The position numbers and the translations under genes were made by a program. A stretch of 32,000 nt of DNA, taken from assembly GCF_900167395.1 (NCBI RefSeq), contig NZ_FUWK01000018.1:15026-47025 (forward strand). Direction: 5' to 3'. The stretch comes from Nitrosomonas europaea. GTDB taxonomy: Bacteria; Pseudomonadota; Gammaproteobacteria; Burkholderiales; Nitrosomonadaceae. Positions 23,402 to 31,755 of the stretch are shown here, piece by piece. Positions within the stretch are counted from its first letter, which is position 1. Each line of letters starts with the position of its first letter. The notes below the pieces were generated by a model. The model searched no databases, was not told the origin of the DNA, and saw only the letters and a program-made list of their open reading frames with translations.

Positions 23402-23459
23402 CATGTCATGTCATGTCATGTCATGTCATGTCATGTCATGTCATGTCATGTCATGTCAT
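23402..23459. repeat. Perfect pentanucleotide microsatellite (ATGTC)x11 (+3 nt), intergenic
   Basis: Counted: units at 23403-23457 with no interruption; C at 23402 and AT at 23458-23459 extend the register. Confidence 0.97.
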
Positions 23460-23506
23460 TGCTACAATTTCGTCATTTATTGTTGTTATTCAATATTTTA
23501 TATGTT

Positions 23507-23522
23507 TGGCATGAAAATTGCT
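23507..23522 (+). promoter_or_regulatory. Sigma-54 (-24/-12) promoter TGGCATGAAAATTGCT
   Basis: Matches TGGCAC-N5-TTGCW at all but one position (GG and GC correctly spaced). It points at the PEP-CTERM gene 177 nt downstream. Confidence 0.7.
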
Positions 23523-23584
23523 TAAGTGATATTGGATGCCGGCTGGCAGAGGGCAGCAGGTGTTCAGTGTCTCTGCTTTTCATG

Positions 23585-23607
23585 CCTGCCAGAGTTGGCA
23601 GGTTTTT
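23585..23607 (+). terminator. Terminator/attenuator-like hairpin inside the 5' leader of the PEP-CTERM gene
   Basis: CCTGCCA-GAGT-TGGCAGG followed by TTTTT. An upstream CTGGCAG (23543-23549) is complementary to CTGCCAG (23586-23592), giving an alternative pairing. A second hairpin, GCAGAG...CTCTGC+TTTT, lies at 23546-23580. Confidence 0.45.
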
Positions 23608-23698
23608 CAATAAATTCCAGTCCGGGGCAGCACAGTCTGGCAAGCAGTTTCAGCCATTTCAATGACCGTCCCCGGCAGTGTTTCCATGAGGACCTGAT

Positions 23699-25126
23699 GT
23701 GAAAAATAATAACAATCGATTGATTTATACCGGTGCGTTTCTGGCCGCCACGCTGACCTTCGGACAGGTAGTGCAAGCAGATTCACTGGTTCTTAGTAGA
23801 GGTAACCAGACCATTAGTAGGGATACCGTTGTTGATAGCGTTGTTGTCGGCCACACCCTTGATGACTCTATTGCTGGTAGCGGCCACCTCATTGTCAATA
23901 ATGGTGCGCAGCTGGTAAATAATGGCACTGGCCATTATCTTGGCATGATCGATGGGGTGAATTTCAACGCAGGTAATGGTTATCTTGGCCTCAATACTGA
24001 CTCCATGGGTGTTGCCACCATTACCGGCGCCAGCTCGCTTTGGCAAAACGAGAAAGATCTCTACGTTGGTCGCTATGGCACGGGCTCACTCAACATTGAA
24101 AAAGGTGGGAAAGTTACTAATGCCGAAGGTGTTATCGGAGATCGTGCCGGTTCTATCGGTACTGTTACCGTTACCGATGCAGGTTCACTCTGGCAAGCTT
24201 CAAGGGGCATCATCGTTGGCGTTGTAGGTCAAGGCACGCTTGACATACGGAATGGCGGGAGAGTTAGTAATGAAGCGACTGTTATCGGCATTAGTTTAGA
24301 TGGTCACAACGGTAATGTTACCGTTACCGGTGTGGGTTCACTTTTGGAAAGTACTGTGAGTACCCAGATTGAATACGGTTCACTTAACATTGAAAATGGT
24401 GGGAAAGTTATCAATGGCCATGACGGTTTTATCGGAGCCAATGTCAGTAGTATCGGTACTGCTACCGTTACTGGTACCGGTTCTCGCTGGGATAATTTAA
24501 ATAAGCTTTACGTCGGTGGATGGAAGGATGGTTCTGTTCTTGGGAACGGCAGTCTCATCATCAATGATGGTGGTGCAGTTTCGGCCACCAATGGCGTGAC
24601 GATCTGGTCTACCGGCAGTCTCTCAGGCAACGGCGGTACGATCGAAGGTGATGTCATCAATTATGGTCTGATCAGCCCGGGAAATTCACCGGGAGTGCTG
24701 ACCATTACCGGCGATCTCACGCTTGAAAGCGATAGTGTCCTGCTCATGGAAATTTTCGGGCCAACCGCGTACGACCAGCTCATCATCGGCGGTAATTTCG
24801 TTGCGGGTGGCATACTTGAACTGGATTTTGGCGGGTACATGCCAGAATTTGATGTTCCTTACGACTTGTTCCAGGTAGCTGGTGGAATGAGTGGTGATTT
24901 TTCTGAAATCAAGTTCCTTAATCCTGCAGCTGGCTTTGATGCCGGTTTGCTATCCCTCAGCTTTGCCAGTGGAGAAAACGGCGGCATGTTCCAGTTGATT
25001 ATGGCGAACAACGGTGATCCGGGAAATAACACCGTTCCTGAACCTGCCAGCATCCTGCTGATCGGGCTGGGTGGTTTGGTGATGCTGATGTTGCGGCGTC
25101 GCAGTCCGAGAATCAGTCTGGCTTAA
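23699..25126 (+). CDS. PEP-CTERM-anchored secreted protein with autotransporter-passenger-like beta-helix repeats
   Basis: 475 aa with a GTG start (SD GAGGA). Signal peptide ...GQVVQA. At least 4 repeats of G.GSL.I.NGG.V.N....IG....S.GT.TVTG.GS.W, plus the SPGNSPGVLTITGDLTL motif. C-terminus VPEPASILLIGLGGLVMLMLRRRS = PEP motif + TM + basic cluster. Confidence 0.85.
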   Translation: MKNNNNRLIYTGAFLAATLTFGQVVQADSLVLSRGNQTISRDTVVDSVVVGHTLDDSIAGSGHLIVNNGAQLVNNGTGHYLGMIDGVNFNAGNGYLGLNTDSMGVATITGASSLWQNEKDLYVGRYGTGSLNIEKGGKVTNAEGVIGDRAGSIGTVTVTDAGSLWQASRGIIVGVVGQGTLDIRNGGRVSNEATVIGISLDGHNGNVTVTGVGSLLESTVSTQIEYGSLNIENGGKVINGHDGFIGANVSSIGTATVTGTGSRWDNLNKLYVGGWKDGSVLGNGSLIINDGGAVSATNGVTIWSTGSLSGNGGTIEGDVINYGLISPGNSPGVLTITGDLTLESDSVLLMEIFGPTAYDQLIIGGNFVAGGILELDFGGYMPEFDVPYDLFQVAGGMSGDFSEIKFLNPAAGFDAGLLSLSFASGENGGMFQLIMANNGDPGNNTVPEPASILLIGLGGLVMLMLRRRSPRISLA

Positions 25127-25151
25127 TAAGATTTAGCAGAATCTGATCCAC

Positions 25152-25191
25152 GTGCGAAGGCTGTACCTCTGCCTTCGCACTTTCTCTTTTT
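25152..25191 (+). terminator. Rho-independent terminator after the PEP-CTERM gene
   Basis: GTGCGAAGGC-TGTACCTCT-GCCTTCGCAC (10-bp stem) followed by TTTCTCTTTTT. Confidence 0.8.
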
Positions 25192-25211
25192 CCTGCAGGA
25201 TACCGTGACGA

Positions 25212-26549
25212 TCAATCCGGAATGAATTTCAGCACATTACCGTTGATGCAATAGCGCTTATAGCTGGGGGGAGGGCCATCATCGAAAACATGGCCGAGGT
25301 GAATACCGGAGCTGGCGCTGCGAACCTCGATCCGCTGCATATAGCCGGAATGATCCTCATGGTAGGTCACTGATCCTTCAACGGGTTCGAAAAAGCTGGG
25401 CCAGCCGGTTCCGCTATTAAACTTGGTTTTGCTGAAAAACAGTGTAGCGCCGGTGATCGGATCGACAAATCTGCCCGGACGTTTCTCATCCAGATTGGAG
25501 GCGGTGAAAGGTCGCTCAGTCCCCTGCTGAAAAGCGATTTTCTGCTGTTCCGGTGTCAGCATCTGAAAGCCCAGCCATTGCCAGAAGTTCTCTTTTTCTC
25601 CAGTGTAGCCGGTGTAGCGGACCACTTCTTTCCCTTCTCTGAACAGTACGATCGTGGGTGCGGCAAACAAGGGTTTATCCAGTGTCCAATCCGCGGGAGG
25701 ATTGGTATTTTTCGTCGCTACCATTGGAATATCCGCCTGCCAGTGGGCGAGAATATCCCGGTCGAACTGAGCGCAGAATTCACAATTTTCTGATTCGAAA
25801 ATCACCAGTTGCTGGTCAAAATTCAGATTTTTGCCATCCAGTGATTGCGGGGAAGGGCTTGCTGGAACAGACGAGGTGTCGCCCCGGATAATATGCTGAT
25901 CGGGAGCTGGATATTTCACACCTGTTCCTCCCAGACCGCAGTAACCATCGGGATTTTTCTGCAGATAATTCTGATGGTACTCTTCTGCGGTAATGTAATT
26001 TTTCAGGGGCAGGATTTCGGTCGTGATCTGGCCATAGCCGGCTGTTGCCAGTGCCTGCTGATAGATTTTTCGGGTAGTCAGTGCAAGTGTTTTCTGGTTT
26101 TCGTCATGGTAATAAACAGCACTGCGGTAATTGCTGCCGATATCATTGCCCTGGCGGTCGCCCTGAGTCGGGTTATGACTTTCCCAGAATCTGGCCAGTA
26201 CGTGTTCCAGTGCCACTTGTGCGGGATCGAATGTTACTTTCACCACTTCGGCATGGTTTCGTCCGGCAGTTTTGCCGGCACGCAAGGCATGTTCAAAATT
26301 CAGGATGTCCTGATAACCGGCATCAGCGTGGTCACCCCCTGCGTAGCCACTTTCCACATCAATTACTCCGGAAAGTTCTCCCATGCGCTTCTCGGCCCCC
26401 CAGAAGCACCCCATTCCCAGAACGATGTAATCCGTTTTTGAGTCGATGGTCTGTTTTACATTTACAGAATTGGGTGTCACGGTTTTCTCCATTGCAAAGA
26501 CAGTTACAACCATTATTAAACCAGTCAAAGCAGCAATAATGATTTTCAT
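25212..26549 (-). CDS. msrAB: Secreted methionine sulfoxide reductase fusion: MsrA - thioredoxin-like (CEFC) - MsrB
   Basis: 445 aa. Signal peptide MKIIIAALTGLIMVVTVFA. MsrA motifs GMGCFWGAE, GYAGG, FWESHNPTQ. Central FESENCEFCAQFD...VLFREGKEV Trx-fold-like segment. MsrB motifs GTERPF, GTGWPSF, HLGHVFDDGPPP, RYCING. Confidence 0.85.
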   Translation of the reverse strand: MKIIIAALTGLIMVVTVFAMEKTVTPNSVNVKQTIDSKTDYIVLGMGCFWGAEKRMGELSGVIDVESGYAGGDHADAGYQDILNFEHALRAGKTAGRNHAEVVKVTFDPAQVALEHVLARFWESHNPTQGDRQGNDIGSNYRSAVYYHDENQKTLALTTRKIYQQALATAGYGQITTEILPLKNYITAEEYHQNYLQKNPDGYCGLGGTGVKYPAPDQHIIRGDTSSVPASPSPQSLDGKNLNFDQQLVIFESENCEFCAQFDRDILAHWQADIPMVATKNTNPPADWTLDKPLFAAPTIVLFREGKEVVRYTGYTGEKENFWQWLGFQMLTPEQQKIAFQQGTERPFTASNLDEKRPGRFVDPITGATLFFSKTKFNSGTGWPSFFEPVEGSVTYHEDHSGYMQRIEVRSASSGIHLGHVFDDGPPPSYKRYCINGNVLKFIPD

Positions 26550-26825
26550 TTTTTACAGATATAAAAAGTAAATATGATTTTCTGACAATCCAGCGCATTT
26601 CCGGTTCTGACCCGATCTGGAATTCCGGCAAATAAATGGATTATCCCGCGGATTTGTGACAATGGCATTGATTTTGACATGCAGTATAATCAGCGGGCTT
26701 TTTTAGTCTCTTGGGGTCGACTTTATACAGTTAGTCAGGCCGGTTGATTTTGATAGTTTTATGGATATGGTGCAGCAGACAGGGATTTACGGTTGCATGC
26801 CTGATGGATCAGACGGGTAATCGTA

Positions 26826-29800
26826 ATGCGGGTCCTTTATATCGATGACAATTTTAGTGATGCCGATATTGTGCGGCGCACGCTGGCGCGAACAACTCCT
26901 GAAATTGATTTGACCACGGTTGCATCGCTTGCTGAGTGCCTGGTGTGCCTGGAGAAATCCGTTCATTATGATGTGCTGCTGACCGATCTCGATCTGCCCG
27001 ATGGTTCGGGTCTGGAAGTGCTGCGTTATATCAGGGAATGGCGGCTGCCACTGGCGGTGGTGATCATGACCGGACCGGGTGAGCATGACAGGGGGGGTGC
27101 AGCCTTCAAGGCGGGTGCTGACGGTTATCTGGTCAGGGAAGGGGATTATCTGGAGCGGTTGCCGCGGACATTGCACAGTGCACTGGTACGTTTCCGCACG
27201 AACGGCACAGAGCGCAATTCGCCTTTGTCACGAGTACTGTATGTCGGACATAGCCGTTCCGATATCGATCTGATGCGCCATCATTTGGCTCAACATGCAC
27301 CTCATTTGCATCTGACGGCGATGACGAGTGCACAGGATGCATTGGCGCTGTTGCCTGTCAATCCGGATCAGACTGCAGATTTCGATATAGTGCTGGTGGA
27401 TTACTGTCTGTCCGGAGGTATGGATGGTCTGGAGTTTATCAGGCTGTTGCGCGAGGAGCGCAAGCTGGATATTCCTATCGTGCTGATTACCCGGCAGGGA
27501 AGTGAAATGATTGCGGCGCGTGCGCTGCATCTGGGCGTGGAAGATTATCTGTCGAGGCATGAAGGCTATCTGTTCGAAGTTCCCGCTACGCTGGAAAAAG
27601 CGCGCTGGCTGGCCGAGCTGACGCGAGAACGAATCAATCTGAAACAGACCAATCTGCGTCTTTCCCATTTGCTGGCTGCCAGTCCGATGGTTCTGTACAA
27701 CCTGCGTTTCACCGGAAATGTACTGCAACCTGTCTGGGTCAGCGAGAATATCGAGCGTTTGATCGGCTATACCCCGGGGGAAGCACTTGCTCCCGGCTGG
27801 TGGCTTTCTCACTTATATCCGGATGATCGTGAGCAGGTACTGGAGCGTCAGCCGATACTGCTGAGCGATGGTCAGTTGACGCATGACTACCGTTTTTACC
27901 ACCGCGATGGTCGAATCATCTGGATTCTCGACGAATTGCGGCTCATCCGGAATGCTGATGGTCAGCCGCATGAGGTGGTCGGTACCTGGCTGGATATCAG
28001 TGAACATAAACAGGCCGAATTGATCAGGCAGGCACATCAGTCGGCATTGAATCTGATCGTTGCCAGCCAGCCGCTGCCGGTCATTCTGAGTGATATTGCA
28101 AAGCACCTCGAAACGATCAATCCCGATATGCTGGTTTCCATTTTGCTGCTGGATAAGCAGGCAAAATGTCTTAAGCTGGGTGCTGCACCCAGTTTGCCGG
28201 ATGATTTCAATGCAACAGTCGATCAACTGGCGATTGGTGAGGGTGTCGGTTCCTGTGGTACGGCTGCCTGGCGGGGTGAAGCGGTGATCGTCTCCGATAT
28301 CGATCATCATCCGTACTGGCAGCCTTATCTGGAATTTACACAGAAAGCTGATCTTCATGCGTGCTGGTCTGTTCCTTTCAAAGATGAGAATGAGAGCGTT
28401 CTGGGTACGTTTGCCATCTATCATCGTACAGTGCGTGAACCTACCTCTGCCGATCTGGTACTGGTTGAAGAATTTGCCTCCTTTACGGCGCTGGCCGTGC
28501 AAAAAGTCTATGCGGCAGAAGCCTTGAGACTGGCAGCCACGGTATTCGAATCTATTCGCGAAGGTATTGTGGTTACGGATCTGGAACCGCGTATCGTTGC
28601 TGTCAACCGCGCGTACACGGAGATTACCGGTTACAGTGCTGCTCAAGTAGTGGGCAAAAATCCCAAGATCATCCGATCCGGGCGCCATGACAAGTCGTTT
28701 TACCAGGCGATGTGGTCCAGCCTGCAGGAAGAGGGCTACTGGAGTGGAGAAATCTGGAATCGCCGCAAGAATGGTGAGATTTATCCGCAATGGCTGACTA
28801 TCAGTGCAGTAAGTATCAGTTCAGCGAGTAACGGCAGGAAGGAACTCTGCAATTATGTCGGCGTATTTACCGATATTTCACAAATAAAGCAATCCGAAGC
28901 GCAGCTGGCACATCTGGCGCATTACGATCCGCTGACCGGATTACCTAATCGGCTGCTGGTGCAATCGCGCCTGCATCATGCCGTGGAGCGGGCGCAACGG
29001 TACAATCTGCGGGTAGCGACACTTTATATCGATCTGGATCGTTTCAAGAATGTCAATGACAGTCTCGGGCATCCGATCGGGGATGAGCTGTTGATCAAGC
29101 TGACCGAGCGGCTGAAGAACCGATTGCGTGAGGAAGATGCACTGGCCCGCCTGGGTGGGGATGAATTTTTACTGGTGATGGAAGATGTCAAAGATCCAAG
29201 TGAATCCGCAATTGTCGCGCAAACCCTGATCGATTTACTTGCCACCCCGTTTGTGCTGCCCAGTGGTCACGAGATTTTCATCAATGCCAGTATCGGGATC
29301 AGTCTTTTTCCGGATGACGCAAGCAATGCGACCGAATTGATTCAGCACGCTGATATGGCAATGTATCAGGCGAAAAAAGAAGGCCGCAATACCTATCGCT
29401 ACCATACGGAAGCTTTGAGCATCGCGGCAAATGAACGGCTGATAATGGAAAACCGTTTGCGCCATGCACTGGCTGCCGGAGAATTCATTTTGCATTATCA
29501 GCCTTTGATCGATGCGCGTGCCGGCCACGTGATCGGGGTGGAAGCACTGGCACGCTGGCAGCCGCCTGACAATACCATCGTGCCACCGGGAAAATTCATT
29601 CCCATAGCAGAAGAAACGGGTCTCATCGTGCCGCTGGGGGAATGGGTGTTGCGCACTGCCTGTGAGCAGGGGCGCGCCTGGATCGATACCGGATTGCCGC
29701 CACTCGTGATGGCCGTCAATCTGTCGGTGCGGCAGTTTCAATCGGAGAATCTGGTTGAGCTGGTGCAGCGGATCCTGGAGGAAACGCGGCTCCCGGCGGT

Positions 29801-30212
29801 TTGTCTGGAGCTTGAACTGACCGAGAGTATGTTCATGGAACATGCGGAGCGATCGATTGAAACGCTGAACAGGCTGAAGGCACTTGGCATTCAGTTGGCG
29901 ATCGATGATTTTGGTACGGGTTACTCGTCATTGACTTATCTGAAACGATTTCCCATCGACAAACTGAAGATCGATCAAAGTTTTGTACGCGGTCTGGCGC
30001 ATGATCCCAACGACCGTGAGATTGCCGCAACGATCATTGCCATGGCGCGCGGGCTGAAATTGGGTGTGCTGGCAGAAGGTATCGAATCGGAACAGCAACT
30101 GGATTTCCTGCGTCAGCAAGGTTGTGATTATTATCAGGGATTCCTGTTTCACCGGCCGGTACCGGCAATCGAGCTGGAGGCATGGCTGCGTGAACACTCA
30201 GCCCCTCGATAA
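26826..30212 (+). CDS. Multidomain c-di-GMP signalling protein: REC-REC-PAS-GAF-PAS-GGDEF-EAL
   Basis: 1128 aa. REC1: LYIDDN...LLTDLDLPDGSG. REC2: IVLVDYCLSGGMDG. PAS segments, including FESIREGIVVTD...GKNPKIIRSG. GAF-like region. RxxD I-site (REED) plus GGDEF. EAL motifs EALARW, ELTES, DDFGTGYSSL. Confidence 0.9.
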   Translation: MRVLYIDDNFSDADIVRRTLARTTPEIDLTTVASLAECLVCLEKSVHYDVLLTDLDLPDGSGLEVLRYIREWRLPLAVVIMTGPGEHDRGGAAFKAGADGYLVREGDYLERLPRTLHSALVRFRTNGTERNSPLSRVLYVGHSRSDIDLMRHHLAQHAPHLHLTAMTSAQDALALLPVNPDQTADFDIVLVDYCLSGGMDGLEFIRLLREERKLDIPIVLITRQGSEMIAARALHLGVEDYLSRHEGYLFEVPATLEKARWLAELTRERINLKQTNLRLSHLLAASPMVLYNLRFTGNVLQPVWVSENIERLIGYTPGEALAPGWWLSHLYPDDREQVLERQPILLSDGQLTHDYRFYHRDGRIIWILDELRLIRNADGQPHEVVGTWLDISEHKQAELIRQAHQSALNLIVASQPLPVILSDIAKHLETINPDMLVSILLLDKQAKCLKLGAAPSLPDDFNATVDQLAIGEGVGSCGTAAWRGEAVIVSDIDHHPYWQPYLEFTQKADLHACWSVPFKDENESVLGTFAIYHRTVREPTSADLVLVEEFASFTALAVQKVYAAEALRLAATVFESIREGIVVTDLEPRIVAVNRAYTEITGYSAAQVVGKNPKIIRSGRHDKSFYQAMWSSLQEEGYWSGEIWNRRKNGEIYPQWLTISAVSISSASNGRKELCNYVGVFTDISQIKQSEAQLAHLAHYDPLTGLPNRLLVQSRLHHAVERAQRYNLRVATLYIDLDRFKNVNDSLGHPIGDELLIKLTERLKNRLREEDALARLGGDEFLLVMEDVKDPSESAIVAQTLIDLLATPFVLPSGHEIFINASIGISLFPDDASNATELIQHADMAMYQAKKEGRNTYRYHTEALSIAANERLIMENRLRHALAAGEFILHYQPLIDARAGHVIGVEALARWQPPDNTIVPPGKFIPIAEETGLIVPLGEWVLRTACEQGRAWIDTGLPPLVMAVNLSVRQFQSENLVELVQRILEETRLPAVCLELELTESMFMEHAERSIETLNRLKALGIQLAIDDFGTGYSSLTYLKRFPIDKLKIDQSFVRGLAHDPNDREIAATIIAMARGLKLGVLAEGIESEQQLDFLRQQGCDYYQGFLFHRPVPAIELEAWLREHSAPR

Positions 30213-30245
30213 GGCTGCACAGGACAACCCGACAGTAATGAAAAT

Positions 30246-30269
30246 GGCTGCAGAACTATTTCTGCAGCC
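30246..30269. terminator. Hairpin between convergent genes (possible terminator, better T-run on the minus strand)
   Basis: GGCTGCAGAA-CTAT-TTCTGCAGCC, a perfect 10-bp stem. On the minus strand it is followed by ATTTTCATT. The plus strand has no T-tract. Confidence 0.45.
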
Positions 30270-30386
30270 ACGAAGAACAAAATTTACAGTCACTTTGTTC
30301 GTTTCCTGATCATTCATCTTTTTAAAAACAGAAATAACCGAAGAATACTGGAGAGGTGATCTGTTTTTCCTCAGAACCTGTTCAAC

Positions 30387-31661
30387 TCAGGGAGGAAAAG
30401 GTGCTCCGCAAGTACCGCTACACATCAGATTGATCAGTGGATAGTTTCTGTCATCAGTAACCAGCCGGTTGACCCAGTCTTTCAGGTAGATACCCCCCGC
30501 ACTTTTTTCGGTGTAAAAAACACCTGGTGCAAATGCATCGACCAGACCAATGTGATATGTCCCGGCACTGATATAGTATTTCGAATTACGGTTGATCAAG
30601 GCATTTGCATGCAATGTGGTCAACATCCTCAAGCTCCATTCCACAGCCGTTACCGGTGTCAGATTGAACCACTGGTTGGGATCGTTGACGCCCTGTCCTG
30701 TCTTTCTCATGATGTTGAGAAATAACATCTGCACGTCATCCCAGGCGGTCGTCACATAAGCAAACTTGCTGTTGACGAAATGACGTTCGATCCCGGTTGC
30801 CAGACTGGTGAAAAAGTTGAGTGCGTTATAACTGCCGATCCGGTTGATTCCCGGTATCCAGGTTGCGAGGGTATGCTCAGTTCCCCATGGGCCATCGGGT
30901 TCAAAAACCGTATTCAGAAAATTGCTGGTGAAGACGCCTGTCCCTGCGTCAGACAGTAATGAAATTTTCGTTTTATCCGGGTAAATGCTGTGTAACCGGG
31001 GAAAATTCATTAAAGCGCCATAAGCACCTGCACTGGATCCGGCCACCAGTACTTGTTCGGTACCTGGTCGATCAGCTCTGTGTTTCAGCCATTCTCGCAC
31101 CGCCATAAAGTTGTCAAAACCGCGATGCTGCACGAGAACGGCATCACCATGATTGATGATTCCTGAAGGATCGACATAGACTTCGTTTTTCGAGCCAAGA
31201 TGTGCATCTCCCGTGCAAGAGGGGATGAAAACCATATTCCAGTCTTTCAGTGGATTATCTGCACGAGTGAAATCCAGTATTCCACCCAGTTCTTCAGGAT
31301 TATTTTCGTTTTCAATCGAAGGATTATAGGCAGGCCGAGTCGTCTGTGTAACTGGTACGGTCAGCGAAGTCAGGCATGTTGCACCATTCCAGCAGGCGCC
31401 TCCTCCGTTGAAATAGATGAGTGTTTTTGCTTTGGTGCCTTTCCGGTAATAAAAATGAAACGGTTTATTGGGTAAACCGGCTTCATCCGGTAAATGACTG
31501 AACGCACAACCGGTTTTGATATCTTTATAGCGTCCGTCATCATCCAGAATGGTCGACACGTTATCGGGTATTTCGATCTTTTCCCATCCCACTGCATACG
31601 CTTGCGGGAAAAAAGAGATCAGTAACATTGAAATCAACACAGCCAGATTGAATTTCAGCAT
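30387..31661 (-). CDS. Secreted alpha/beta hydrolase of the pectin-acetylesterase / Notum-like family
   Basis: 424 aa. Signal peptide ...FPQAYA. YFNGGGACWNGATC, IPSCTGDAH, VAGSSAGAYGA (GxSxG nucleophile) and LLSDAG parallel the PAE-family GGGWC / YCDG / GCSAGG / LSDAG motifs as I recall them. Confidence 0.6.
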   Translation of the reverse strand: MLKFNLAVLISMLLISFFPQAYAVGWEKIEIPDNVSTILDDDGRYKDIKTGCAFSHLPDEAGLPNKPFHFYYRKGTKAKTLIYFNGGGACWNGATCLTSLTVPVTQTTRPAYNPSIENENNPEELGGILDFTRADNPLKDWNMVFIPSCTGDAHLGSKNEVYVDPSGIINHGDAVLVQHRGFDNFMAVREWLKHRADRPGTEQVLVAGSSAGAYGALMNFPRLHSIYPDKTKISLLSDAGTGVFTSNFLNTVFEPDGPWGTEHTLATWIPGINRIGSYNALNFFTSLATGIERHFVNSKFAYVTTAWDDVQMLFLNIMRKTGQGVNDPNQWFNLTPVTAVEWSLRMLTTLHANALINRNSKYYISAGTYHIGLVDAFAPGVFYTEKSAGGIYLKDWVNRLVTDDRNYPLINLMCSGTCGAPFPP

Positions 31662-31755
31662 TTTTTATCCTTTTTGTAAGGCTATGTCTGCATTAAACGT
31701 TGAAAAGTCATTTTTGTCCAACGAGCTGGAACATCAATAGAGGGAGGGCACGATT

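Noticed and set aside
23283-23665. Track ORFs 23283..23525 and 23408..23665, which translate the microsatellite as MSCHVMSCHV...
   Set aside because: This is an artefact of reading through the (ATGTC)n tract. There is no SD, the composition is odd, and the region is better explained as promoter plus leader.
26663-26690. Sigma-54-like TGGCAT-N5-TTGAC and an adjacent TTGACA / TATAAT pair upstream of the GGDEF-EAL gene
   Set aside because: The -12 element has GA instead of the near-invariant GC. TTGACA and TATAAT are only 5 bp apart, so they cannot form one sigma-70 promoter.
27813-28790. 325-aa minus-strand ORF inside the GGDEF-EAL gene. Similar long antisense ORFs occur at 12938..13633, 6212..6916, 14647..15282, 7908..8414 and 29235..29843
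   Set aside because: These are shadow ORFs opposite genes with unambiguous conserved motifs. Their translations are Arg/Gln/Ile-rich without domains, and they lack an SD and sensible gene context.
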